64,000 nucleotides of DNA, taken from Actinocrinis sp. (GTDB taxonomy: Bacteria > Actinomycetota > Actinomycetes > Streptomycetales > Catenulisporaceae). Under the pieces are notes generated by a model. It ran no database searches. It saw only the letters and a list, made by a program, of their open reading frames with translations, and was not told where the DNA came from. Shown one piece after another: positions 8,980 to 17,414 of the stretch. Positions within the stretch are counted from its first letter, which is position 1. Every line of letters starts with the position of its first letter. The position numbers were made by a program, and so were the translations under genes. Location of the stretch: NCBI GenBank assembly GCA_036501535.1, contig DASYAE010000209.1:1-64000 (forward strand), written 5' to 3'.

Positions 8980-11900
8980 ATGACCAACACCCTGAAATCC
9001 CCGCCGCGCGGCGGCGGACCCGAGCGGGGCCGCCCGGGAACGCGGCCGGACCCGTGGACTCCGCAGCCGATCCGGATCAAGCACCGCCGCACCACGCGGG
9101 ACGTGATGCGCGGCCTCGGCGCGTTCGCGGCCCTGGCGGTGATCATCGTCGGCATCCCGCTGGCGCTGGTGCGCTACATCGGCTGGCCGCTGCCGCACCA
9201 CTGGCCGAACTCCGGCATGTTCGACCAGCCGATCACCACGCAGGTCGTGCTCAACGCGCTGGCCGTGATCGTCTGGCTGGCCTGGGCCCAGTTCGCCGCC
9301 TGCGTCGTGGTCGAGCTGGTGGCGGCGATCCGCGGGGTCGGCATGCCGGCGAAGGTGCCCGCGGCCGGGCCGAGCCAGTTCCTGGCCCGACAGCTGATCG
9401 CCGCGCTGCTGATGATCACTGCGTCGGCGGCGTCGTTCGTGCCCAGCCTCTCGCGGCTCGGCGCACAGACGACCCCGACGCTTCCGCACGCCGGCGGCCC
9501 ACCTTCGGTGACAGCGCCCTATACACCGGGCTCTGCCTTACCGACCTCTCCCGCAGGCACATCGTCGGGCATTTCTTCATCCGCCTCACCGAGCTCCTCG
9601 GCAGCTTCGTCGCTGCCTGCGGTGCGGTACTCGTCGTCCCCGACCGTCTCCGCGACCGGTTCGACGACGGGTTTTTACACCAGCTCGCCGACCGTCATCC
9701 CGCCGCCCAACAGCACGCTGGTGTCGCCGCCCGGCGGTGACGCGACGAAGGTCTACACCGTCGAGGCGCCCGAGGGCCTGCACCACGACACGCTGTGGGG
9801 CATCGCGGAGCGCTACCTCGGCGACGGCCGCCGCTACCCGGAGATCTTCGACCTCAACAAGGACCGGGTGCAGCCGGACGGGTCGATGCTCACCAACGCC
9901 TCGCTCATCCGGCCGGGCTGGATCCTGGTGCTGCCGGCCGACGCCAGCGGCCCCGGCCTGATCACCGAGCTGTCCCCGGCGCCGTCCACACCGCCCGCCC
10001 CGCCACCCGCCACGTCGACGCAGCCCCCGGGCGCTTCCACGCCGCCGCCGTCGAATTCGCCCAGCCCGCTGCCGTCGGCGTCCCAGCAGCCTCCGTCCCC
10101 GAGTGCATCTGCGCATCCGTCACCGTCGTCCTCGCCAACGCACAAGCCGACAGCTGCGCCTAGTGCGAGCGCATCGGCTACACACACGCCGTCAGCCCCT
10201 GCGTCTCACACGGCCTCAGCTGTCGCCTCGTCAGCTCAGCCCAGCAGTCAGGCGCCCATGATCGCGGCGCCCGCGGTCGCTGGCTCGGTCTCGACACCCA
10301 CGCCGTCTCCGAGCACGGGATCCACAGATCCGTCGACGCCCTCCGCACCGCCGACGCAGCCGCCGAGCAGCAGCCCGTCCGCGCCCACACAACCGTCGCC
10401 GACCGGCCTTACGCCGGTGCCGACCGTCTCAGTGCCGCCTATCAGCACTCCGCCGCCTACCGCTCCGCCTTCCGCCACAAGCCCAACCGGTGATCCCTCG
10501 GGCGCGACCCCCTCCGCGTCGCCCACGACGCAGCCGGCGATCGCCCTCGGGGCCGGGAACTCCCCGCTCGCGCTGCCGCCCGGCCCGTCCAGCCCGCCCG
10601 CCCCGGCGAGCTCCGGCTCGCACCGCGGATCCCACGCACCGGAGGAGAGCCAGCCGCCTTCGGCGGACAACCGGCTGCTCTACGGCCTCGCCGGCGCCCC
10701 CCTGCTCGCCGCGGGACTGCTCAAGGCACTGGGCCGACAGCGGCGGCGGCAGCTTTGGTACCGCGCCTTCGGATCGCGGCCGGTAACCGCCTCGGGCGAC
10801 GGCGCCGTCGCCGAGGAGTCGATCCGCATCGGCGCCGGCGAGGACGAGGTCTGGTTCCTCGACCTGGCCCTGCGCGGCCTGGCCGCCGCGCTCGCCGCCG
10901 AGGAGCGCTCCGCGCCCGACGCGATCGGCCTGCGGCTGAGCGACGGGGGCGTCGAACTCCTGCTGGCCCACCGCGCCGACCCGGACGACCCGGACGACCC
11001 CTCAGGCGCGCCGCCGGGGCCGTGGCGGCTCTCGAAGGACGGCCGCGCCTGGTTCTTCCCGCGCCCGCGGATCCGCGACACCGACCCGGAGGCCGCTCGG
11101 CGCAGGTTCTCGCCCTACCCGGGCATGGTCAGCATCGGCGTCGCCGAGCCGGGCTCGGACGGCGCTCCCGGCCAGGACCGGATCATGGTCGACCTCGAAG
11201 AGGCGCGCGGCATCGTCGCCGTCGAGGGCCCGGACGACCTGCGCCGCGCCTTCGTCGCGGCGCTCGCCGTGGAGCTGGCCACCAACTCCTGGTCGGACCG
11301 GATGACGGTCACCCTGGTCGGCTTCCCCGGCGACCTGACGCCGCTGGCCCCGGCCCGGATCAAGCACGTCGCGACGCTCGACGAGGTCCTGCCCGCGGTC
11401 GAGGCCGAGGCCGCCGCCCGCAGCGCCGCGCTGAACGCCGCCGGGCTCGGCTCCGTGCTCGAGGGCCGCTGCCGGGCGAGCCACGCCAGCTCGTTCCCGC
11501 CGCACTTCGTCCTGGTCGCCGAGGAGCCGCATCCGGCGATCCTCGCGCGACTCACCGAGACGGTGGTCACGGCCAAGCGCGTCGGCATGGGCTTCGTCGT
11601 CGCAGGCGCGGCCGTGGCGGCTGCGCTTAGCGCGGCACGTGGCATAGGGCTGGCGCTGGCGCGCAGTAGGAACGTCGAAGCCGCCGAGCCTGATGCTGAG
11701 GACGGCGAAGGTGAGGGCATGAAGAGCAGTGCGTCGGCGCGGGCGTCGGCCGCACGGGGCGGGGCCTCCTCTGCCGGCGCGCCGACCTGGCATCTCGTTC
11801 TCGATGACACAGGACGCGTGACCGTGCCCACGCTCGGGCTCACCGCGGAGGCGCAGGTCCTGCCGGCCGATCAGTATCGTGCTGTCATCGCCCTTTTCCG

Positions 11901-12987
11901 ATCGGTGTGTGAGACCGAGGGCACGCGTATCGAGCCTCCGCGTATCCACTCGTCGCAGCCTGCGATAGCCAGCCATCCGTACAAGGCGGGTCCGCCCACG
12001 CTGCGCAACGGAGCACCGCCCGCCTCACTGCTGCCGCCGAACGCCCCTGCGGCCACGAGTCCCGCCGCCGCGTCCGCGCTCTCCCCGGTCCGATCGCCGC
12101 TTGCGCCTAACGCCCCGTCATTGGCCGGCGCGGCTGCGTCGTCATCGTCCTCGTCGGGCTTCTCCTCAGCCGCAGCCGAGTCCGTCGGCTATTCCGGACC
12201 GCTGCCTGACGACCCGCCAGCCGTGTACGTAACGCTCCTCGGCGCATTAGGCGTCAACGGTGCGCGGCCGATCGCCCCGGACCGCGAGCTGCTGCTTCGT
12301 GAAGCGCTCGTCTTCCTGCTCAACCACCGCGACGGCGTGCACCCGCGGGTCCTGGCCGCCGCGCTGTGGCCGCGCGGCGCAAGCGCGGACGTCGCCGAGG
12401 CCACGTTCGCCCGTCTGGCCGCCTGGCTCGGCACCGACGCGGACGGCCGCGCCAACCTCGAGGCCGACGTGGACGGCCGGCTCTGCCTGGGCCGCCACGT
12501 GTGGTCCGACTGGGACCGCTTCCAGGCGCTCGTGTCCCGCGCGCTGTACGACGGCTCGATCGCGAGCGAGCGCGACCGCGCGGAGCTGCTGGCCACCGCG
12601 CTCGGGCTGGTGCGCGGGCCGTTCCTGGACGACCGGGAGCCGGGGCACTACGCCTGGCTCGCCTACGAGACCGCGGAATCGCAGATCCCGGCGTTCATCG
12701 CGGACACGGCGCTGCGCCTGGCCGACGCGATGGTGGCGATCGGCGACGCAGAGGCCGCCATCGCCTCGATCAAGGCCGGCATGCTCGGCAGCCCGGACGA
12801 CGAGGAGCTGTGGCGCGGCCTTCTGCGCGCCACCGCGGCCACCGGCGACGTCGAGCGCCTGACCGGCGCGATCGAGGGCCTGTGCAAGCGCACCTGGTAC
12901 GTCCACGGTGTGGAAGGGCTCAACCCGCGCACCGAGTCGCTGGTCGACGAGCTGCTGCCGAGCTGGCGCGACCTCGTCTCGGTCTGA
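8980..12987 (+). CDS. large membrane-anchored LysM- and BTAD-domain protein
   Basis: 1335 aa with a GAGGAAAG ribosome-binding site upstream. Two predicted TM helices (aa ~45-70 and ~90-120). A LysM-like segment (YTVEAPEGLHHDTLWGIAERYLGDGRRYPEIFDLNKDRV...GWILVLP, nt ~9750-9925). A Pro/Ser/Thr/Ala linker of about 330 aa (nt ~9930-10930). An unassigned central region. The C-terminal ~260 aa resemble the bacterial transcriptional activator domain of SARP/AfsR regulators, with no recognisable wHTH DNA-binding domain. Confidence 0.75.
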   Translation: MTNTLKSPPRGGGPERGRPGTRPDPWTPQPIRIKHRRTTRDVMRGLGAFAALAVIIVGIPLALVRYIGWPLPHHWPNSGMFDQPITTQVVLNALAVIVWLAWAQFAACVVVELVAAIRGVGMPAKVPAAGPSQFLARQLIAALLMITASAASFVPSLSRLGAQTTPTLPHAGGPPSVTAPYTPGSALPTSPAGTSSGISSSASPSSSAASSLPAVRYSSSPTVSATGSTTGFYTSSPTVIPPPNSTLVSPPGGDATKVYTVEAPEGLHHDTLWGIAERYLGDGRRYPEIFDLNKDRVQPDGSMLTNASLIRPGWILVLPADASGPGLITELSPAPSTPPAPPPATSTQPPGASTPPPSNSPSPLPSASQQPPSPSASAHPSPSSSPTHKPTAAPSASASATHTPSAPASHTASAVASSAQPSSQAPMIAAPAVAGSVSTPTPSPSTGSTDPSTPSAPPTQPPSSSPSAPTQPSPTGLTPVPTVSVPPISTPPPTAPPSATSPTGDPSGATPSASPTTQPAIALGAGNSPLALPPGPSSPPAPASSGSHRGSHAPEESQPPSADNRLLYGLAGAPLLAAGLLKALGRQRRRQLWYRAFGSRPVTASGDGAVAEESIRIGAGEDEVWFLDLALRGLAAALAAEERSAPDAIGLRLSDGGVELLLAHRADPDDPDDPSGAPPGPWRLSKDGRAWFFPRPRIRDTDPEAARRRFSPYPGMVSIGVAEPGSDGAPGQDRIMVDLEEARGIVAVEGPDDLRRAFVAALAVELATNSWSDRMTVTLVGFPGDLTPLAPARIKHVATLDEVLPAVEAEAAARSAALNAAGLGSVLEGRCRASHASSFPPHFVLVAEEPHPAILARLTETVVTAKRVGMGFVVAGAAVAAALSAARGIGLALARSRNVEAAEPDAEDGEGEGMKSSASARASAARGGASSAGAPTWHLVLDDTGRVTVPTLGLTAEAQVLPADQYRAVIALFRSVCETEGTRIEPPRIHSSQPAIASHPYKAGPPTLRNGAPPASLLPPNAPAATSPAAASALSPVRSPLAPNAPSLAGAAASSSSSSGFSSAAAESVGYSGPLPDDPPAVYVTLLGALGVNGARPIAPDRELLLREALVFLLNHRDGVHPRVLAAALWPRGASADVAEATFARLAAWLGTDADGRANLEADVDGRLCLGRHVWSDWDRFQALVSRALYDGSIASERDRAELLATALGLVRGPFLDDREPGHYAWLAYETAESQIPAFIADTALRLADAMVAIGDAEAAIASIKAGMLGSPDDEELWRGLLRATAATGDVERLTGAIEGLCKRTWYVHGVEGLNPRTESLVDELLPSWRDLVSV

Positions 12988-13125
12988 TCCGCGACCGCGA
13001 AGCAGCGTCCGCTCGCATGCACCGATAAAGCGAGCGGACGGGGTAATCGTCGGCACACGGGGTACCCGGTGTCCGCGAGGTATGGAGACAGGACTGGTAA
13101 CCGGTCTTCGATTAGGGTGCGTTGA

Positions 13126-13989
13126 GTGAACGGCTTCACAGCGGTGGTTACGGATTCGACGGCCTGCCTATCGCCCTCCAGGGCGGCAGCCGCCGGGATC
13201 ACCGTCGTGCCGCTGCAGGTCGTGGTGGCCACCGAGTCGTTCCCCGAGGGCACGGCGCAGGCTCGGACGGCTCTGATGGAGGCGCTGCGCAAGCGCCAGC
13301 CGGCCACCACCTCCCGGCCCGGGCCGGAGCAGTTCGCGGACTGCTATCGGCGGCTCGCCGAGGCCGGGGCGGCCGGCATCGTCTCGGTCCACCTGTCCGG
13401 AGACCTCTCCGCGACCTACGAATCGGCCCTGCTCGCCGCGGCCGGCGCGCCGGTCCCGGTCGAGGTCGTCGACTCCCGGTCGGTCGCGATGGGCCTCGGC
13501 TTCGCCGCGCTCGCGGCCGCCGACGCCGCCCGACAGGGCGAGACCGCGGCGGTCTGCGCCGTCGCGGCGGCCAAACGAGCGACGATGACGTCTGCCTTCT
13601 TCTATGTCGACACGCTCGAATACCTCCGCCGGGGTGGCCGCATCGGTTCGGCGAGAGCCGTGCTCGGCTCGGCCCTCGCGGTGAAGCCGCTACTGCATTT
13701 GGTGGATGGTCAGGTCGAGCTCCTGGAGAAGGCCCGTACCGCGCAGCGTGGTATCGCCCGACTCGAGCAGGTCGTCCTGGAGCGCGCAGGACAGGACGCC
13801 GTGGACATAGCGGTCCACCACCTCGCCTCGCTCCCGCGGGCCGAACTCCTCGCCGAGCGCCTGCGCTCCCAGCTGCCGAGCGCCGCCTCGGCCGACGGGG
13901 AGCTGACGGTCTCCGAAGTCGGCGCAGTCATCGGCGCCCACGTCGGCCCCGGCGTCCTCGGCGTCGTCATCGCGCCTCGGCTGCCGTAG
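13126..13989 (+). CDS. DegV family fatty-acid-binding protein
   Basis: N-terminus AVVTDSTACLSP and overall DegV-like length and pattern (about 287 aa). The start is GTG at 13126 or GTG at 13144. Confidence 0.75.
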   Translation: MNGFTAVVTDSTACLSPSRAAAAGITVVPLQVVVATESFPEGTAQARTALMEALRKRQPATTSRPGPEQFADCYRRLAEAGAAGIVSVHLSGDLSATYESALLAAAGAPVPVEVVDSRSVAMGLGFAALAAADAARQGETAAVCAVAAAKRATMTSAFFYVDTLEYLRRGGRIGSARAVLGSALAVKPLLHLVDGQVELLEKARTAQRGIARLEQVVLERAGQDAVDIAVHHLASLPRAELLAERLRSQLPSAASADGELTVSEVGAVIGAHVGPGVLGVVIAPRLP

Positions 13990-14151
13990 ATCCGTCGCAT
14001 CGCCTGGCGCGCCGCCGCGCGTTCGTCACTCCCGCCCGCGATCTTCGCTTCCGCTGCTTCGCGCCCTCTCGCGATCGAGTTATCCACAGGGCTTTTCCAC
14101 AGATTTCAGAAAACATCTGACATCTCCGGCAGCATTGCTTACCGTCGATGT

Positions 14152-15453
14152 GTGGTCACATTTCGTGATCGAAACCATCGAGGGAGTCTGATGTCAGTAT
14201 ACGATCAAGAAGTCAGCAATGATCGATCCCTGTTAAACAATATCGATCGTACGTTGACTGTCTCTCGCGACGGCAACGAACACTACTCTTCACCGCCGCC
14301 AGAAAATGACCACGAACAGCACGCTCGTGACGAGCCTGTTGATGGCAATGAAGAAGAGCATGAGTCATCTGACGAGGATATCCATAGCCATTCACGTGAC
14401 AGAAAAACGAGCGGGCGCGGCCACGATGGACCGGACTACCCGAGCGCTCTCTGGGGTCGAGTCCCGCCCGAGTCCCGTGCGTTCAAAGCCGCGGCGCGCA
14501 CCGGATATCGACCTGGCGACGATTGGCGCGATCTGCCCCGAGATCCACGGATCGGTCCCCATCCACGCCCAACCCGCCCGCGCGAAGATCATCCACTCGC
14601 CCTGATGCGCGAGCGGGCGGGCCACTGGCTCGATGATCATCTGCCGGCCACGCTACAGGGGCGCTGGCGGCTTGATCGGCGCACCGGCATCATCCTCGCC
14701 ACCGCGCTGACAGCCGTAGCCGTGCTGTTCGGCGGCTGGGAGCTGTTCCGCGACCGCACCGAACAAGTCACCGGGACGCGACTGATCAGCACGGGACAGC
14801 ACGGCCGCCACGACGACGACACCAGCGGCAGCAGCAGCGGCAGTAGTAGCACGCATAGTCATCACAGCCACTTCGATGATGGCGAATCCGGCATGAATCA
14901 GGATGATCCAATGACTATGCCGAACGCCTCCGAAGATGCATCAGGCGGCGCCGATTCAGCCGACAGCGCTGACGGATCGGGGTCCGGCCACGCTCTCGGC
15001 GCCGGGCGGCCGCCGATCATCGTCGATGTCGAAGGCAAGGTCGCCAGACCCGGCGTGCAGCGCCTGCCGGCCGGATCCCGGGTCCAGGACGCGGTGCGCG
15101 CCGCCGGCGGAGCGCTGGCCGGGGCCGACCTGGCGCCGCTGAACCAGGCCCGCGTCCTGAACGACGGCGAGCAGGTCGTCGTCGGCGCCCCGCAGGATCC
15201 GGCCGCGGCCGCCTCGCCGACCGGACCCCACGCCAAGGCGCGTGGCAAGCAGCAGGTCTCCGAGCCCGTGCACTTGAACTCGGCCACCGTCGACCAGCTC
15301 GAACAGCTGCCCGGGGTCGGCCCGGCGATGGCGCAGCGCATCCTCGACTGGCGTACCGAGCACGGCGGCTTCGCGACCGTCGAGCAGCTACGCGAAGTGC
15401 GCGGGCTCGGCGGCCAGCGATTCGCCGCCCTGAGCCGGTGGATCCAGCTGTGA
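14152..15453 (+). CDS. comEA: competence protein ComEA (SLBB + helix-hairpin-helix DNA-binding)
   Basis: C-terminus LNSATVDQLEQLPGVGPAMAQRILDWRTEHGGFATVEQLREVRGLGGQRFAAL is a tandem HhH ComEA motif. An upstream SLBB-like segment (IIVDVEGKVARPGVQRLPAGSRVQDAVRAAGG) and one TM helix. The first ~90 codons lie in an unusually AT-rich patch, so the true start may be later (for example Met at ~14596). Confidence 0.8.
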   Translation: MVTFRDRNHRGSLMSVYDQEVSNDRSLLNNIDRTLTVSRDGNEHYSSPPPENDHEQHARDEPVDGNEEEHESSDEDIHSHSRDRKTSGRGHDGPDYPSALWGRVPPESRAFKAAARTGYRPGDDWRDLPRDPRIGPHPRPTRPREDHPLALMRERAGHWLDDHLPATLQGRWRLDRRTGIILATALTAVAVLFGGWELFRDRTEQVTGTRLISTGQHGRHDDDTSGSSSGSSSTHSHHSHFDDGESGMNQDDPMTMPNASEDASGGADSADSADGSGSGHALGAGRPPIIVDVEGKVARPGVQRLPAGSRVQDAVRAAGGALAGADLAPLNQARVLNDGEQVVVGAPQDPAAAASPTGPHAKARGKQQVSEPVHLNSATVDQLEQLPGVGPAMAQRILDWRTEHGGFATVEQLREVRGLGGQRFAALSRWIQL

Positions 15454-17216
15454 GACGCCGCCCGAAGCAGCCAGATCTCCGCCTTCTGCTGCCGGTCGCG
15501 GCGGCGTGGGCGGCGGCCGCCCTCGGCGTGGCCGAGCCGCCGCTGCTGACCGCCCTCGCCTCGCTGGCACTGGCCACAGCTGCGGCGATCCACCTGATCG
15601 CGTCTCAGCGCAGAGAACGCCACCGCAGATCGCCGCCCGGCGCCATTGCGCGGCTGCCGGGCCTGACTCCGACCCCGATCACACCCTCGGCAGGCCTTTG
15701 GCCCTCCTGGCCGCTGCGTCCTCAACCTGCCGGGCACCCTCGACCTGCCGGACAGCCTCGATTTGCCGGGATTAACCTCCAACCGGAACCGCGGCACTCA
15801 GGGGTCTGCATGATCCTGCTGATCTCCGCGGTCCTGGGCGTGTCCGCCGCCGTGCACGCCGCAGCGGTGTCCAGCGGCCCCGTGGCGAGCCTCGCCGCGC
15901 GCTCCACATACGTCGACAGCATGCTGACTGTGGCCGGCGACCCGCGGCGGATCGCTGCCGCGCCGGACAGGCACCGGCCGGCGCTCGCGGTGCTTCCCGT
16001 TCGCATCACCGAGATCGTCACCGGCGACGGGACCGCTTATCGCGTAGGCGTCTCGGCCACGGTCCTGGCCAGGCTCACGCCGAGTTCATCGCCGCCGCCC
16101 ACCGCGGCCACAGCGTCCTGGCTCGGGCTCCTGCCCTCCGAACACGTCGCGGTCCGCGGCAAGCTGGTCCCGCCGAAGCCCGGCACCCAGGACGGCGCGA
16201 CGATCCTCGCCGACCGGCCGCCCGTCCTCGTCAGCGGCCCGTCGACCATGCAGGCGACAGCCGGCGCGCTGCGCGCGGACCTGCGCGACGCGACCTCCGG
16301 CCTGCCCGCCGACCCGGCCGGAGTGCTGCCCGCCCTGGCCGTCGGCGACACCGGCCGCGAGCCGCCCGACGTCGCCGAGGCGTTCAAACGCACGGGGCTG
16401 ACATACCTCACCGTGGCCTCCGGCGAGAACCTGATGTTCCTCACCGGAGCCCTGTTGCCCGCCGCACGCCGGCTAGGAATGCGCGGCCGCGCCCTCACCG
16501 GCCTCGGATTCCTGATCATCCTCGGGTTCACCGTGCTGGCCCGGCCGGGTCCGCCGATGGTGCGCGCCACCGTCATGTCGCTCATCGGCAGCGCCGCCGC
16601 CCTCTTCGGCCGCCGGTGCCGGGCGCTGCCGGTGATGGCCGCCGCCGCGCTGGTCCTCCTGCTGTTCAACCCTTGGCTCGCTCGCGCCTACGGCTTCGCG
16701 CTGTCCGTCGCCGCCACCGCCGGGCTGCTCATCGCCGCCCCCGGCTGGTTCGCCCGGCTGCTCGACCGCGGCGTCCCGGGCTGGATGGCCGGTCCGGCCG
16801 CGGTCACCGCCGCCTGCGAGGTGTTCTGCGAGCCGCTGCTGGTCACCTTCACCGGCTCGCTGCCCTTGCTCGCCGTCCCGGCCAACATCCTCGCTGCGCC
16901 CGCCGCGCCGCCGGCCACCGTGCTCGGCGTCCTCGCGATGGCCGGGTATGCGCTCTGGCCCCCGCTCGGCCGCCTGTTCGCCTGGGTCGGCCAGTGGCCG
17001 GTGCGCTGGATCTGCCTGGTGGCACGCGTCAGTGCCGGTATACCCGGAGCCGCGATCGGCTGGCCTCGAGGGCCGGCCGGATGCCTGATCCTGCTCGGCG
17101 CATACGTGATCTTCGCGGTCCTTTGGAGCCGGTGGGCACAGCGGGCGCGATCGCGCCGACAGCTCGCACAGCGCCGAAAAGGCACGAATCGGTTACAGCG
17201 TAGTCAAGTGGTATAG
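15438..17216 (+). CDS. comEC: ComEC/Rec2 N-terminal part (DUF4131 + competence channel domain), terminated by an in-frame TAG
   Basis: 592 aa, polytopic membrane protein with the ComEC competence-domain pattern (...LTYLTVASGENLMFLTG...). It ends with TAG at 17214-17216 in the same frame as the downstream MBL ORF. Confidence 0.75.
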   Translation: MDPAVRRRPKQPDLRLLLPVAAAWAAAALGVAEPPLLTALASLALATAAAIHLIASQRRERHRRSPPGAIARLPGLTPTPITPSAGLWPSWPLRPQPAGHPRPAGQPRFAGINLQPEPRHSGVCMILLISAVLGVSAAVHAAAVSSGPVASLAARSTYVDSMLTVAGDPRRIAAAPDRHRPALAVLPVRITEIVTGDGTAYRVGVSATVLARLTPSSSPPPTAATASWLGLLPSEHVAVRGKLVPPKPGTQDGATILADRPPVLVSGPSTMQATAGALRADLRDATSGLPADPAGVLPALAVGDTGREPPDVAEAFKRTGLTYLTVASGENLMFLTGALLPAARRLGMRGRALTGLGFLIILGFTVLARPGPPMVRATVMSLIGSAAALFGRRCRALPVMAAAALVLLLFNPWLARAYGFALSVAATAGLLIAAPGWFARLLDRGVPGWMAGPAAVTAACEVFCEPLLVTFTGSLPLLAVPANILAAPAAPPATVLGVLAMAGYALWPPLGRLFAWVGQWPVRWICLVARVSAGIPGAAIGWPRGPAGCLILLGAYVIFAVLWSRWAQRARSRRQLAQRRKGTNRLQRSQVV

Positions 17217-17414
17217 ACATCTTCGATCTGCAGGGGGTACGAATATGAACCGGCAACCACGGAGCGAGAACCGGCGACGGAACGAGCACGCGGGCACGGA
17301 GATCGGAGGGGAATTTTCGAGTCCAGCCCCTCCTGGACCCTCCGCCCGCCCGCCCGCCCGCCCGCACGCGGCTCGCGCGGGCGGCCGCGGCGGATCCTGA
17401 TCGCGATCTGCGGT

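Noticed and set aside
9586-10670. cluster of overlapping ORFs on both strands inside the LysM-BTAD gene
   Set aside because: They lie in the Pro/Ser/Thr/Ala-rich linker, where every frame is open. The long plus-strand ORF with LysM and BTAD ends explains the region.
17245-17400. 52-aa frame +1 ORF ([51 protein letters not shown]) in the comEC linker
   Set aside because: Not supported as an independent gene. I retain it only as part of the repeat-slippage hypothesis for comEC, where it could supply an ATG start for the MBL domain after a CGCC unit change.
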